Origin: Candidatus Aegiribacteria sp.
Lineage (GTDB): Bacteria > Fermentibacterota > Fermentibacteria > Fermentibacterales > JCC-6
NCBI GenBank assembly: GCA_046498225.1
Contig: JAWOBF010000043.1
Span: 16,957-80,956 of the forward strand
Length of the DNA stretch: 64,000 nt
Direction: 5' to 3'
Shown here one piece after another: positions 27,777 to 37,588 of this stretch. A model generated the notes under the pieces. That model saw only the letters and a list, made by a program, of their open reading frames with translations, did no database searches and had not been told where the DNA came from. The translations under genes and the position numbers were made by a program. Every line of letters starts with the position of its first letter. Position 1 is the first letter of the stretch.

Positions 27777-29018
27777 CTAACCTGAATACTTCTTCAGGGC
27801 TATGGTAACGTTATGCCCCCCGAAACCCAGAGAGTTGGAGAGGGCGTAGGTCATCTCGGCCTTTCTTGCTTTACCGGGGACGTAGTCCAGGTCGCATCCC
27901 TCATCTGCATTGAAGAGAGTGGCGGTGGGAGGAATGATGCCTTCCCTGAGGGCAAACGCGGTGAATATCGCTTCCACCGCCCCCGCGGCGCCAAGCATGT
28001 GACCGGTGACTGACTTGGTGGAGGAGACCGGGGTACGCATGGCGTTCTCCGTGCCCAGCGCTGTCTTGATTGCCATGGTCTCGTTTATGTCGTTCAGCTG
28101 TGTGGAAGTGCCGTGAGCGTTTATGTAATCCACGTCTTCAGGGCCGATACCAGCCTCCTCGATGGCCAGGGACATGGCTCTGGCGGAACCTTCGCCGCCC
28201 TCGGCGGGCGCTGTAATGTGGTAGGCGTCGCAGGTCATGCCCGTGCCGACCACCTCGGCGATTATTTCAGCCCCCCGGGCCCTGGCATGCTCCAGTTCCT
28301 CCAGCACCAGGACCGCTCCGCCCTCCGCTATGACGAAACCGTCGCGGTCCCGGTCAAAGGGCCTGGATGCAGTTTCAGGATCGTCGTTCCTGGTGGAGAG
28401 AGCCTTCAGCTGACAGAATCCGCCCACACCCGTAAGGGTGATGGGAGCCTCCGAACCTCCGGCTAGAATGGCGTCAGCCTTGCCCAGGACAAGCATATCC
28501 ATAGCCACGGCGATGGCATGGCCGCTGGTGGCGCAGGCGGTGACCGTAGCCAGGTTCGGCCCCTTTGCGCCAAGGTCTATACCTACCCTTCCCGCCGCGA
28601 TGTTGCTTATCATCATGGGGCAGAAGAAGGGGTTAATTCGATGGACTCCCCTCTCCATGGCCACCTTGTGCTCCTGCTCCATGGTGGCTATGCCGCCGAT
28701 GCCCGAACCTATTATGACACCCAGCCTCTCGGGCCGGATACTGTCCCGGAGGTTCGATTCCTCAAAGGACTCCCTGGCCGCCACCATGGCGAACTGGGTG
28801 TACCTGTCGATCCTCTTCACCAGTTTTCTGTCGAAGTGATCCAGGGGATCGAAATTCTTCACCTCTCCGGCTATCTGACTGGTGAAAAGCTCGGGGTCTA
28901 ACAGTGACATCCGTCTTACTCCGCTGATGCCTGACAAAGCGTTCTGCCAGCTTTCAGCAGATGTGTTTCCGACCGGCCCGATTATTCCGGTTCCGGTAAT
29001 GACTACTCTTTTTGTCAT
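27777..29018 (-). CDS. fabF: 3-oxoacyl-[ACP] synthase II
   Basis: Active-site Cys ATVTACATSGHAI, HGTSTQLND, NSLGFGGHN. Confidence 0.9.
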   Translation of the reverse strand: MTKRVVITGTGIIGPVGNTSAESWQNALSGISGVRRMSLLDPELFTSQIAGEVKNFDPLDHFDRKLVKRIDRYTQFAMVAARESFEESNLRDSIRPERLGVIIGSGIGGIATMEQEHKVAMERGVHRINPFFCPMMISNIAAGRVGIDLGAKGPNLATVTACATSGHAIAVAMDMLVLGKADAILAGGSEAPITLTGVGGFCQLKALSTRNDDPETASRPFDRDRDGFVIAEGGAVLVLEELEHARARGAEIIAEVVGTGMTCDAYHITAPAEGGEGSARAMSLAIEEAGIGPEDVDYINAHGTSTQLNDINETMAIKTALGTENAMRTPVSSTKSVTGHMLGAAGAVEAIFTAFALREGIIPPTATLFNADEGCDLDYVPGKARKAEMTYALSNSLGFGGHNVTIALKKYSG

Positions 29019-29071
29019 GGAATCAATCCCCTGTCGCTATAATTGTCTATTCCCGACCCGTTCTTGCAGTA

Positions 29072-29098
29072 CCGCACCGCAGCGGGACTGCGGTGCGG
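29072..29098 (-). terminator. perfect 11-bp stem hairpin (CCGCACCGCAG-cggga-CUGCGGUGCGG) in the acpP-fabF intergenic region; no U-tract, likely attenuator/processing hairpin
   Basis: Inverted repeat read directly. Confidence 0.4.
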
Positions 29099-29119
29099 CT
29101 CATTATCTGAGCTGAAAGG

Positions 29120-29359
29120 CTACTGATCCAGGTCCTGCTCCCGCAGATACTCCACAACCTTTCCCACCGTGGTAAGCTTGGCGGCTTCCTCTTCGTCTAT
29201 GCGAAGGCCGAAGGCGTCCTCGAATCCCATGATGAGTTCGTACTGGTCGATGGAATCAGCTCCGAGGTCGGTATCGAACTGGGCTTCCATGGTTACCTGC
29301 TCGGGCTTCACTCCAAGCTTGTCGATTATGATCTCTTGTACACGGCTTTCAAGTGACAT
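29120..29359 (-). CDS. acpP: acyl carrier protein
   Basis: 79 aa, DLGADSIDQYELIM with the phosphopantetheine Ser. Confidence 0.9.
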   Translation of the reverse strand: MSLESRVQEIIIDKLGVKPEQVTMEAQFDTDLGADSIDQYELIMGFEDAFGLRIDEEEAAKLTTVGKVVEYLREQDLDQ

Positions 29360-29372
29360 ATTCTTTCCTTTC

Positions 29373-30095
29373 TCAGGTTGTCAGTCCGCCATCTACCGGG
29401 AGTACTACCCCGGTAATATATGAAGAAACGTCCTCAAGTAGAAAATGTACCGAATCAGCGACGCTCTCCGGCTGCCCCATCCGGTTCAGAGGTACCCTGG
29501 CGGCGTAATCCTCCCTGACCTTTTCGGGCAGTTCCCTGGTCATCTCCGTCTCTATGAAACCGGGGGCTATGGCGTTGACCCTTATGTTCCTGCCGGCGAA
29601 CTCCCGGGCCAGGGCCCTGGTGAGGCCCAGCAGGCCCGCTTTAGTTGAGGCGTAATTGGCCTGCCCGGCAGCTCCGAGAATAGCGACCACCGAAGAGATG
29701 TTGATTATGGAGCCCTCCTTCTGTCTCAGCATTCCACGGGAAAACGCCCTGCACATGAGAAAGGCTCCCGTAAGATTCACCGACAGGACCGTGTTCCAGT
29801 CCGCCATGCTCATCCGCATCAGCAGCCCGTCACGGGTCACGCCGGCGTTGTTCACCAGGCCGAATACCGGTCCCAGCTCCTTCTCGATCTGCCCTGCCGT
29901 CTCATTGACGGACTCCTCGTCGGTGACATCCAGGACCCAGGGGCTGAAACCGGCCCCCAGCTCCCCGGTGACCCTGTCGAGGTCTTCCTGCAGGATATCG
30001 CATCCGGCCACGGACCATCCGGACCCTACCAGTTTCCTAGAAATCGCATAACCGATACCCCGCGCGGCACCGGTGACTACTGCCAGTCTGCTCAA
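29373..30095 (-). CDS. fabG: 3-oxoacyl-[ACP] reductase
   Basis: SDR: TGAARGIG, NAG, YxxxK (YASTKAG). Confidence 0.9.
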   Translation of the reverse strand: MSRLAVVTGAARGIGYAISRKLVGSGWSVAGCDILQEDLDRVTGELGAGFSPWVLDVTDEESVNETAGQIEKELGPVFGLVNNAGVTRDGLLMRMSMADWNTVLSVNLTGAFLMCRAFSRGMLRQKEGSIINISSVVAILGAAGQANYASTKAGLLGLTRALAREFAGRNIRVNAIAPGFIETEMTRELPEKVREDYAARVPLNRMGQPESVADSVHFLLEDVSSYITGVVLPVDGGLTT

Positions 30096-30115
30096 TTCGA
30101 TCCCCCCCTGTTCCG

Positions 30116-31102
30116 TTACCAGTGCAGAATCATGCCGCCCCAGGTCAGGCCGGCGCCGAAAGCGGCCAGCACCACGGTACTGGATTCCCGTATCGCTTCG
30201 CTTCGCCTGGCCTCATCGAGGGCAATGGGTATGGACGCGGCTGAAGTGTTGCCGTACTTCTGAATATTGATGAACACCTGCTCCGGTTCGAGCTCCAGCG
30301 CTCTGGCCGTGGCGTCGATGATCCTCAGGTTGGCCTGATGGGATACCAGCAGGTCAACGTCCTTCTTCTCCGTCCCGTCCTTCTTCAGGGCTTCCATACA
30401 GGAGTCGTGCATCGCCCTTACGGCGTGCTTGAATATGCGGGAGCCGTTCATGAATATGGTGTGGTCGTTCCTGTCGACGGTCTCGTGGGAGGCGGGATTG
30501 ATGGACCCTCCGGCATGCATGATGAGATGTTCGCCCAGCGAACCGTCGCTCCCCCAGTGCCAGCCCCCCAGTCTGCCGCCGGGTCCCTCCGAGGAGACCG
30601 CCACTGCTCCCGCGCCGTCGCCGAAGAGGATGCAGCTGGACCTGTCATCCCAGTTGGTTATCTTGGTGAGGCAATCGGCGCCGACCACTATCATCCTGTC
30701 CATGATACCGGATTCCACGAAAGCCTTGGCCTGGATAAGTCCGTACACGAAAGCGGTGCACCCGGCCTCGAAATCGTAGGCGGGAATCTTGCCCATACCG
30801 AGCTCCGTCGCCACCAGCGCTGCGGTGGAGGGAAACGGATAATCCGGAGTGACCGTTCCCACTATGATCCCCTGCACATCCCCGGGTTCCCAGCCGGCCA
30901 TGTCCAGGGCGTTCTCCACCGCTTCGGTCACAAGCCGGGAGGTGCCGGTACCCTCTTCCGTCTTCCGTCTTTCCTTGATGCCCGTCCTGCTGGTGATCCA
31001 TTCGTCGGATGTATCGACGATCTTCTCAAGGTCGGCATTGGTTATCACACCCTCCGGCACTCCATGACCGGTCCCGACTATGTAGGCGTTCCTGTTCACC
31101 AT
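30116..31102 (-). CDS. fabH: 3-oxoacyl-[ACP] synthase III
   Basis: Start at ATG 31102 (MVNRNAYIVGTG) with GGAGAAATG; C/H/N catalytic residues context (GCTAFVYGL...SHQAN...NTSAASIP). Confidence 0.85.
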   Translation of the reverse strand: MVNRNAYIVGTGHGVPEGVITNADLEKIVDTSDEWITSRTGIKERRKTEEGTGTSRLVTEAVENALDMAGWEPGDVQGIIVGTVTPDYPFPSTAALVATELGMGKIPAYDFEAGCTAFVYGLIQAKAFVESGIMDRMIVVGADCLTKITNWDDRSSCILFGDGAGAVAVSSEGPGGRLGGWHWGSDGSLGEHLIMHAGGSINPASHETVDRNDHTIFMNGSRIFKHAVRAMHDSCMEALKKDGTEKKDVDLLVSHQANLRIIDATARALELEPEQVFINIQKYGNTSAASIPIALDEARRSEAIRESSTVVLAAFGAGLTWGGMILHW

Positions 31103-31112
31103 TTCTCCAATC

Positions 31113-32138
31113 TCATGTTGTAGAGCTTTGAATCTCCTGCCGTATTCTGTCGCTGACCCCGCATCTGTAGAAGTCACAGGCGGCGACCACGGCGTTTTTG
31201 ATGGCTTTTGGGGTGCTGCTGCCGTGAGCCACGATAGAAACACCGTCCAGCCCCAGCAGAGGCGCGCCTCCGTACTCGGCGGAATCGAGTCTCTCCCACA
31301 GCTTGGAAAAGGAATGCCTCATGAGAAGATACCCCGCCCGTGAAGCCCAGTGACGCTTCATCTCCAGGTAGAGCGAACCTCCGACCATGTCAGCTATGGA
31401 CTCGTACGTCTTGAGAAGCACGTTGCCGGCGAAACCGTCGCACACAACCACATCGGCCTCGCCCTTGAGTATTCCGTCACCCTCTATATTGCCCCTGAAA
31501 TTGAGCCGGGAATCCTCGAGCATACCGTAGAGCTCCTGCAGGACCGCCGGGCCCTTGGTCCTTTCGTGGCCTACGTTCAGGACCAGGACCCTGGGGTCGT
31601 CGATATCGAAGACGCTTCTGGAATATGCGGTGCCCATAATGGCGAACTGGAACAGCTGATTCTCGTTGCATCCAACATTAGCCCCTACGTCCAGTATCAC
31701 GGTGGGATTCTTCTGAGTAGGGACGGTTCCGGCTATCGCCGGCCTGGGTATCCCTTCTATTCTCCCGAGGGCGAAGAGACTGGCAGCCATCATGGCGCCG
31801 GTATTGCCCGGGCTGACCATGGCCTGGGCCAGGCCCTTCTTCTGAAGACCGGCCATGACCACCATGGAGCTGTTCGGCTTATTCTTCAGGGCTTCGGCCG
31901 GATGGTCGGTCATGGTTATGACCTGAGAGGCGTGCTGTATCGAAATGGGAAGCTTCGCCCCTCCGCTCCTGCTAAGAAGCCCGGACAGGCAGTCCCGGTC
32001 TCCCACCAGGGTGATGGAAACGCCGTCGGTGACGGAACCGTCGCAGTCCCTGAAGAACTTCACCACTCCGCTCACGACAACGGCCGGCCCGTTGTCCCCT
32101 CCCATGGCGTCCACGGCTATATTGAAGTTTTCAGGCAA
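31113..32138 (-). CDS. plsX: phosphate acyltransferase PlsX
   Basis: IAVDAMGGDNGP N-terminus typical of PlsX. Confidence 0.9.
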   Translation of the reverse strand: MPENFNIAVDAMGGDNGPAVVVSGVVKFFRDCDGSVTDGVSITLVGDRDCLSGLLSRSGGAKLPISIQHASQVITMTDHPAEALKNKPNSSMVVMAGLQKKGLAQAMVSPGNTGAMMAASLFALGRIEGIPRPAIAGTVPTQKNPTVILDVGANVGCNENQLFQFAIMGTAYSRSVFDIDDPRVLVLNVGHERTKGPAVLQELYGMLEDSRLNFRGNIEGDGILKGEADVVVCDGFAGNVLLKTYESIADMVGGSLYLEMKRHWASRAGYLLMRHSFSKLWERLDSAEYGGAPLLGLDGVSIVAHGSSTPKAIKNAVVAACDFYRCGVSDRIRQEIQSSTT

Positions 32139-32183
32139 CTGCGAAATCCGTCCTTCCCGTTATCGGGATGAAAGTAAGGATGA

Positions 32184-32366
32184 TTATTCCTCTTCAGGTT
32201 CCGTTACCTGTCTGCCGTCGTAGAAACCGCAGTGCCTGCAGACCCGGTGAGGGATCCTGGGTTCTCCGCACTGGGGGCAGCTGCTGACCGACCTGGCCTT
32301 CAGGGCGTCGTGGGCCCTGCGCTTGTCTCTTCTTGTTGACGAATGTCTTCTCTTGGGTACGGGCAT
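32184..32366 (-). CDS. rpmF: 50S ribosomal protein L32
   Basis: MPVPKRRHSSTRRDKRRAH...CPQCGE...CRHCGFY. Confidence 0.9.
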   Translation of the reverse strand: MPVPKRRHSSTRRDKRRAHDALKARSVSSCPQCGEPRIPHRVCRHCGFYDGRQVTEPEEE

Positions 32367-32442
32367 GATTCCTTCTCTTCCTAGACATCGTTGTTACGAT
32401 CCGGGTTTGCGGCTGAAATTTACCGGGTAAACCGTAATATAC

Positions 32443-32871
32443 TCAAATATAATCTATTCCGGGGCAGTCGGAAGAGCAGAGGGGTTTTCCGGGTATGGAG
32501 AGTATTATGGCTTCCCTTACCGCTTCCAGCACGTTCAGTTCACCGGAATCGGATATCAGTTCCCTCGGTTCCTCTTCCGGCGCGGCAGGTATCCAGCTGT
32601 ATTCCCGGATTATTTCCTCCCGGACCGGAAAAACCGCGGGCTGAAGACATCTGGCGCACCGGGTCTGAAAGCGCGCGTCAAAGCTGCCGGTGCAGATGAC
32701 GGCTTTTTCCTCCAGGTCCACGGTCAGGTCCAGGACGCCTGTGTCCCCGGCAGGTTCAACATCTTCGATTGACCATTCCACATCCCTGAGAGGTATTATG
32801 AAACTGCCCCTGTTGGTGCCCCGGGAGAGGCTTCTCATGTCCAGCGCCAGTTTTTCCGTGTCCAGCTTCAC
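32443..32871 (-). CDS. yceD: YceD/DUF177 family protein
   Basis: Conserved position upstream of rpmF-plsX; C-terminal Cys cluster CLQP...CSSDCPG. Confidence 0.7.
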   Translation of the reverse strand: MKLDTEKLALDMRSLSRGTNRGSFIIPLRDVEWSIEDVEPAGDTGVLDLTVDLEEKAVICTGSFDARFQTRCARCLQPAVFPVREEIIREYSWIPAAPEEEPRELISDSGELNVLEAVREAIILSIPGKPLCSSDCPGIDYI

Positions 32872-34271
32872 CGTTCACCCGCCTCCCGGCGGAGATCGGA
32901 GGTGACCCGGTCCAGGAGCCTGTCCCTGGAATCGGGGGCATCGGACTGGGCGTATATCCTGGCCAGCGGCTCGGTGCCCGAGAGCCTGATGAGTATCCAG
33001 TCTCCCCCCTCCAGAACAAGCCTGGTCCCGTCCGTACGGTCCACCGATTCCACCCGCCGGCCGGCTACGGCCCCGGGACTGGAATCGAACCAGTTCTCCC
33101 GGATGAGTTCCCCGAGCGGCGGGGAAAGACGCATGTCCCTCCTGGATAAGAATATCCTTCCGTACCTTTTCCACAGCCCGGACAGCTGTGCGGCAAGCCC
33201 CGAGCCGGATGCGCATACCATCTCGGCCGCCATCAGGCATGCAAGTATTCCATCCTTCTCCGGGACGTGGCCGTCGATGGAGAGGCCTCCGCTCTCCTCG
33301 CCGGCAAGTATCACTCCGCCCCTGCGCATCTCGGCTCCGAGGTACTTGAAACCAACCGGCGTAACCACCGTTTCCAGACCGTGGGCGGAGGCTACCCGGT
33401 CGAGAAGACTCCCCGTGGTAACGGACCTTACAACCCTGCCGGTGAAGCCCTTCCGCTTAACCAGGTAATCGAGAAGCAGAGGAAGGAAATCATGCGGAGA
33501 AACGAAACTGCCGTTCTCGTCCACTATTCCGAACCTGTCGGCATCACCGTCGGTGGCTGCTCCAAGGGAGGCTCCGCTGGCCAGGACCTGCCTGCCGAGA
33601 TCGACGGTACCGCTCTCACCGGGTTCAGGGTGCTGACGTCCGGCGAAAAGAGGGTCTCTGGTGCCGTTGAGAACCCTGACGGAAGCGCCGAGTTCCACCA
33701 GCAACCTGTCCAGAATACCGGCGCCTGTTCCGGAAAAAGCGTCATATACAACTTTCAGTCCGCTGTCCCTGAAGGCTTCGGGATCCAGGTACTCCATGAT
33801 GTCCGGAATGTAATCGATCCTAAGGTCCGCTGAAGTCACGGAACCGGTTCCGGCGGCAGGTTTCTCTCCCGAATCTATCAGCTCCTCTATTTCGGAGGTC
33901 ATTCCGTCATCGGCGGGTCCCCCGTGCCACGGGCTGAACTTGATTCCGTTGTACAGCGGGGGATTGTGGCTGGCGGTGAAATTGATGATGCCGCCGTGCC
34001 CTCCCTTTCTGCAGGCATGGGATAGCACCGGGGTGGGGCAGGGTCCATCGGAGAGTATCACGTCAAAACCGTACTCGGACATCCTCTCCGCGACCGATTC
34101 CGAAAGCTCCGGGGAAAGGAAGCGGCAATCGCCGCCCACTACCAGCGTGTTCCTGCCTTCGCGCTGCAGCAGGACCCCGATGGCGTCCGCCACCCTGTTC
34201 ACCCTTTCCCAGGTGAATTCCCTGGCGATTATCCCTCTCCAGCCGGAAGTTCCGAACCTTATCCGCATCAC
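32868..34271 (-). CDS. alpha-D-phosphohexomutase (phosphoglucomutase/phosphomannomutase family)
   Basis: FGTSGWRG, catalytic TASHNP, GGDCR, sugar-binding loop GEESGG. Confidence 0.8.
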   Translation of the reverse strand: MMRIRFGTSGWRGIIAREFTWERVNRVADAIGVLLQREGRNTLVVGGDCRFLSPELSESVAERMSEYGFDVILSDGPCPTPVLSHACRKGGHGGIINFTASHNPPLYNGIKFSPWHGGPADDGMTSEIEELIDSGEKPAAGTGSVTSADLRIDYIPDIMEYLDPEAFRDSGLKVVYDAFSGTGAGILDRLLVELGASVRVLNGTRDPLFAGRQHPEPGESGTVDLGRQVLASGASLGAATDGDADRFGIVDENGSFVSPHDFLPLLLDYLVKRKGFTGRVVRSVTTGSLLDRVASAHGLETVVTPVGFKYLGAEMRRGGVILAGEESGGLSIDGHVPEKDGILACLMAAEMVCASGSGLAAQLSGLWKRYGRIFLSRRDMRLSPPLGELIRENWFDSSPGAVAGRRVESVDRTDGTRLVLEGGDWILIRLSGTEPLARIYAQSDAPDSRDRLLDRVTSDLRREAGER

Positions 34272-35749
34272 TCCCCCTCCCTGAGGAACTGAAGCGCTCT
34301 CTGAATGCCGTCGTCATGGGGCGTCATAACCCTGTAGTACATCTCGCGGTCCCAGACCCTGCCGGCTATCTCCGAGAAGAGGGCGGTCTCGATGTAGAAG
34401 AGGTTGTCGGTGAATTCGCCCTCCTCCCATTCGATGCCCCGGTCCAGGAGGTACTGCCTGAACTCCGCAATCGTGCTTTCATCCGGCCAGAAATCCTCCT
34501 CGATATCGTGCTCCTGGACGTATTCAGTGGCGAAATTGAAGAACTCCGAACCCAGGTAGAGTTCCGCCGGAAGGGAACCGGACAGATGCTGGGAGTCCAA
34601 TTCGATGTCGGGGACTATTCCCCAGGTGGCCAGGGAATCGTCAACCTCCTGGCCGTTCATGTAATCCTCATCCATGGTCCTGTCTATGCTCCTGCCGCTG
34701 GGAGTGTAGTATCTGGCTGTGGTGAGCTTGACGCCGTAATGGCCGAGATTGGGGAATTCCCCGAGGTCCATGAGGGTCTGGACCGAACCCTTTCCGAATG
34801 TCCTGCTTCCTATGAGGGTGGCGGCGTCGTTATCCTGAAGGGCGCCTGCCAGTATCTCCGAGGAGCTTGCGCTTGCTCCGTCCACAAGCAGCACCAGCCG
34901 CCCGCCGAACAGCACGCCCTTTGATGTGTAGTAGTCGTCCCGCCCTACTGCCTTGCCCCGGGTGGACACAACCAGGGTGCCGGAGGGAAGGAAGAAGTCG
35001 GCCACTTCCACCGCGGCTGAGAACAGACCTCCGGCGTTGCCCCTGATATCAAGTATCAGGCTTTCCGCTCCCCGGTCCACAAGGTCATTTGTGGCCTCCA
35101 TGACCTCCTTTCCCGTTTCCTCACCGAACCTGGCAAGACGAATGTAACCGACGGCGTCATCTATCATGAAGTTCGCGCTGACCGATGGCAGGTCTATCAC
35201 ATCGCGCTGAATGTTGAACTCCAGGGAATCCGAAATACCGGGCCGGACCACGGTGAGGTCCACCGTTGTGCCTTCAGGCCCCCTGATCTGCATCACGGCC
35301 TCGGTGGTGGTGATACCCTCGGTGGAGCTGCCGTCTATCTCCACTATCCTGTCACCCGCCTTCATTCCGGCCCTGAAGGCCGGGGTACCCTCCACCGGGG
35401 CGATGACGGTCAGCCAGTCCTCCCTGATGCCGATGGTTATTCCCACACCCTCGAAGGAGCCGGAGAGCTGAATTCTCAGGTTCTCGTAATCGTCCGGGTT
35501 CAGCAGCACGCTGTTGGGGTCCAGCGAATCCAGCATTCCCCTCAGCGCCGCCTCTATGAGTTCCTGGGAATCCAGTGAATCAACATAGGTCACGCTGGTC
35601 CTGGAGAAGACGTCCATGAAAAGCTCTATGGAGGAATTCGTCGTCACCGCGTCGTAGGCGATGGCGGAGGGAAGCAGCATCAGACCGGCAGCGACTATCA
35701 GGCCGGCGGCTAGCACGACTGTTACCCATCCGGGCAGAAATTTTTTCAT
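34268..35749 (-). CDS. carboxyl-terminal processing protease (peptidase S41) with PDZ domain
   Basis: GSRTFGKGSVQT catalytic Ser motif; PDZ GVGITIG...GDRIVEIDG. Confidence 0.85.
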   Translation of the reverse strand: MKKFLPGWVTVVLAAGLIVAAGLMLLPSAIAYDAVTTNSSIELFMDVFSRTSVTYVDSLDSQELIEAALRGMLDSLDPNSVLLNPDDYENLRIQLSGSFEGVGITIGIREDWLTVIAPVEGTPAFRAGMKAGDRIVEIDGSSTEGITTTEAVMQIRGPEGTTVDLTVVRPGISDSLEFNIQRDVIDLPSVSANFMIDDAVGYIRLARFGEETGKEVMEATNDLVDRGAESLILDIRGNAGGLFSAAVEVADFFLPSGTLVVSTRGKAVGRDDYYTSKGVLFGGRLVLLVDGASASSSEILAGALQDNDAATLIGSRTFGKGSVQTLMDLGEFPNLGHYGVKLTTARYYTPSGRSIDRTMDEDYMNGQEVDDSLATWGIVPDIELDSQHLSGSLPAELYLGSEFFNFATEYVQEHDIEEDFWPDESTIAEFRQYLLDRGIEWEEGEFTDNLFYIETALFSEIAGRVWDREMYYRVMTPHDDGIQRALQFLREGE

Positions 35750-36411
35750 GGCTTTTCTCCTCCGCTGTCACTTTCGGTTATCAGCTCGATCACTCTGCTC
35801 TCTATAATCCTGTCCTGGACTTCAGGTTCCTCGGCGGCATCTATGACCAGGTACCTGTCGTTCTCCCCGGCCAGCTGCAGATATTTATTCCTCACCCTGC
35901 GATGGAAGCGGATCTCCTCCCGTTCTATCCTGTCCCTCTGCCTGCCCTGCCTCTGAAGTCTCTTCATTCCCGTTTCCGGGTCCAGGTCCAGCAGGATGAC
36001 CAGGTCCGGCAGAAGCCCGCCGGTGGCCAGACTGTCGGCGTTCCTTACGGGAGTCTCGGGAAGTCCGCGTCCACCGATCTGGTAGGCGAAGGTAGCGTCG
36101 GAGAACCTCTCGCACACCACGTTGATACCCTCCGCCATGGCCGGCCTGACCACCAGGTCCACGTTGGAGGCCCGGGACGCCAGGTAGAGCATCAGTTCGG
36201 TGAGAGGGGTTACCTTCAACCGGGGGTCGAGAAGTATGGCCCGAACTTTTTCCGAGGCGGGGGTTCCGCCGGGTTCACGGGTGTGAATGACGGGTATTCC
36301 GCCGGCCTCCAGAGATTCCACAAGCCTTCGGCAGCGAGTGGACTTGCCCGCCCCCTCCACTCCCTCGAAGGTAATGAAACGTCCGGTATGGCCGGCTTCA
36401 TTGATCTTCAA
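35746..36411 (-). CDS. tmk: thymidylate kinase
   Basis: FITFEGVEGAGKST P-loop, TREPGGT. Confidence 0.85.
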   Translation of the reverse strand: MKINEAGHTGRFITFEGVEGAGKSTRCRRLVESLEAGGIPVIHTREPGGTPASEKVRAILLDPRLKVTPLTELMLYLASRASNVDLVVRPAMAEGINVVCERFSDATFAYQIGGRGLPETPVRNADSLATGGLLPDLVILLDLDPETGMKRLQRQGRQRDRIEREEIRFHRRVRNKYLQLAGENDRYLVIDAAEEPEVQDRIIESRVIELITESDSGGEKP

Positions 36412-36414
36412 GAG

Positions 36415-37536
36415 CTATTTCTTAGGCTTCTTCTCCGAAGCCTTCGTCTCCTGCTTGTTCTGGTGGTACTGCTCTATGTAGTCCTCTGTCATCCTGCGGC
36501 ACTGGTCATCGTAATACTGGACCGGAGGCGACTTGAAGAAGTAGGATGAGGGAGCCTCTATCGCTCCGGAGAGCCCGTTGTCAAGAGCCAGCTTGGCGCA
36601 TCTGACGGCATCGATGATAACCCCGGCGGAATTGGGGCTGTCCACCACCTCCAGCTTCGCCTCGATGTTCAGGGGGACCTCTCCGAAACTGGTGCCCTCC
36701 ATTCGAATGTAGCACCACTTCCTGTCATCCAGCCACTCTATGTAATCGCTGGGACCGATATGGACGTTCCTCGGCTCCAGTCCCCCGGGAAGCTGAGAGG
36801 TAACCGCGTTGGTCTTGGATATCTTCTTGCTCTCCAGCCTTTCCCTCTCCAGCATGTTCAGGAAATCGGTGTTGCCTCCCACGTTCAGCTGATAGGTCCT
36901 GTCGAGCCTGACCCCCCTGTCCTCGTAAAGCCTTGTCATCACCCTGTGAAGGATGGTGGCTCCCACCTGGCTCTTTATGTCGTCGCCCAGGACGGGAAGG
37001 CCGCGGTCACGGAATCGCTTCTGCCAGTAGGCCTCGCCGGCTATGAAGACCGGAATGGCGTTGACGAACGCGCAACCGGCGTCCAGTATCTGTTCAACGT
37101 ACCATTTGGTGGCCTCTTCGCTTCCTACAGGAAGGTAGCTGACTACTACGTCGGTCTTTGTCTCCTTCAGAATGCCCACTATGTCCGAGGTGGGGCCCGG
37201 CGCCTTTTCGATGACTTCCTTCAGATATTTCCCCAGGCCGTCATGGGTCATTCCCCTGTGAACCTTTACGCCCATCTTGGGAACGTCACAGAGCTTCACG
37301 GTACAGTTGGGCTCTGCGAAGATGGCCTCGCTGAGATCCTTTCCGACCTTGGTGACGTTGATATCGAAGGCGGCGGAGAACTCGACATCGTTAATGTGAT
37401 AGCCGCCCAGGTTCACGTGCATCAGCCCCGGGACCTTCTCCGTGTCCCTGGCGTTACGGTAGAACTCCACGCCCTGAACCAGACTGCTGGCGCAGTTGCC
37501 TACACCGATTATGGCTACTCTCACTTTCTTGGACAT
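36415..37536 (-). CDS. myo-inositol-1-phosphate synthase
   Basis: N-terminal [18 protein letters not shown] Rossmann, ...[10 protein letters not shown]..., length 373 aa typical of the bacterial/archaeal MIPS. Confidence 0.8.
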   Translation of the reverse strand: MSKKVRVAIIGVGNCASSLVQGVEFYRNARDTEKVPGLMHVNLGGYHINDVEFSAAFDINVTKVGKDLSEAIFAEPNCTVKLCDVPKMGVKVHRGMTHDGLGKYLKEVIEKAPGPTSDIVGILKETKTDVVVSYLPVGSEEATKWYVEQILDAGCAFVNAIPVFIAGEAYWQKRFRDRGLPVLGDDIKSQVGATILHRVMTRLYEDRGVRLDRTYQLNVGGNTDFLNMLERERLESKKISKTNAVTSQLPGGLEPRNVHIGPSDYIEWLDDRKWCYIRMEGTSFGEVPLNIEAKLEVVDSPNSAGVIIDAVRCAKLALDNGLSGAIEAPSSYFFKSPPVQYYDDQCRRMTEDYIEQYHQNKQETKASEKKPKK

Positions 37537-37588
37537 TCATATCCTCCCTGAAGGGATTGAACGAATAAATAAACGGCCTGCAGGAGTC

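Noticed and set aside
31103-31243. 47-aa N-terminal extension of fabH ORF
   Set aside because: Overlaps plsX 3' end; conserved FabH N-terminus starts at MVNRN with its own RBS
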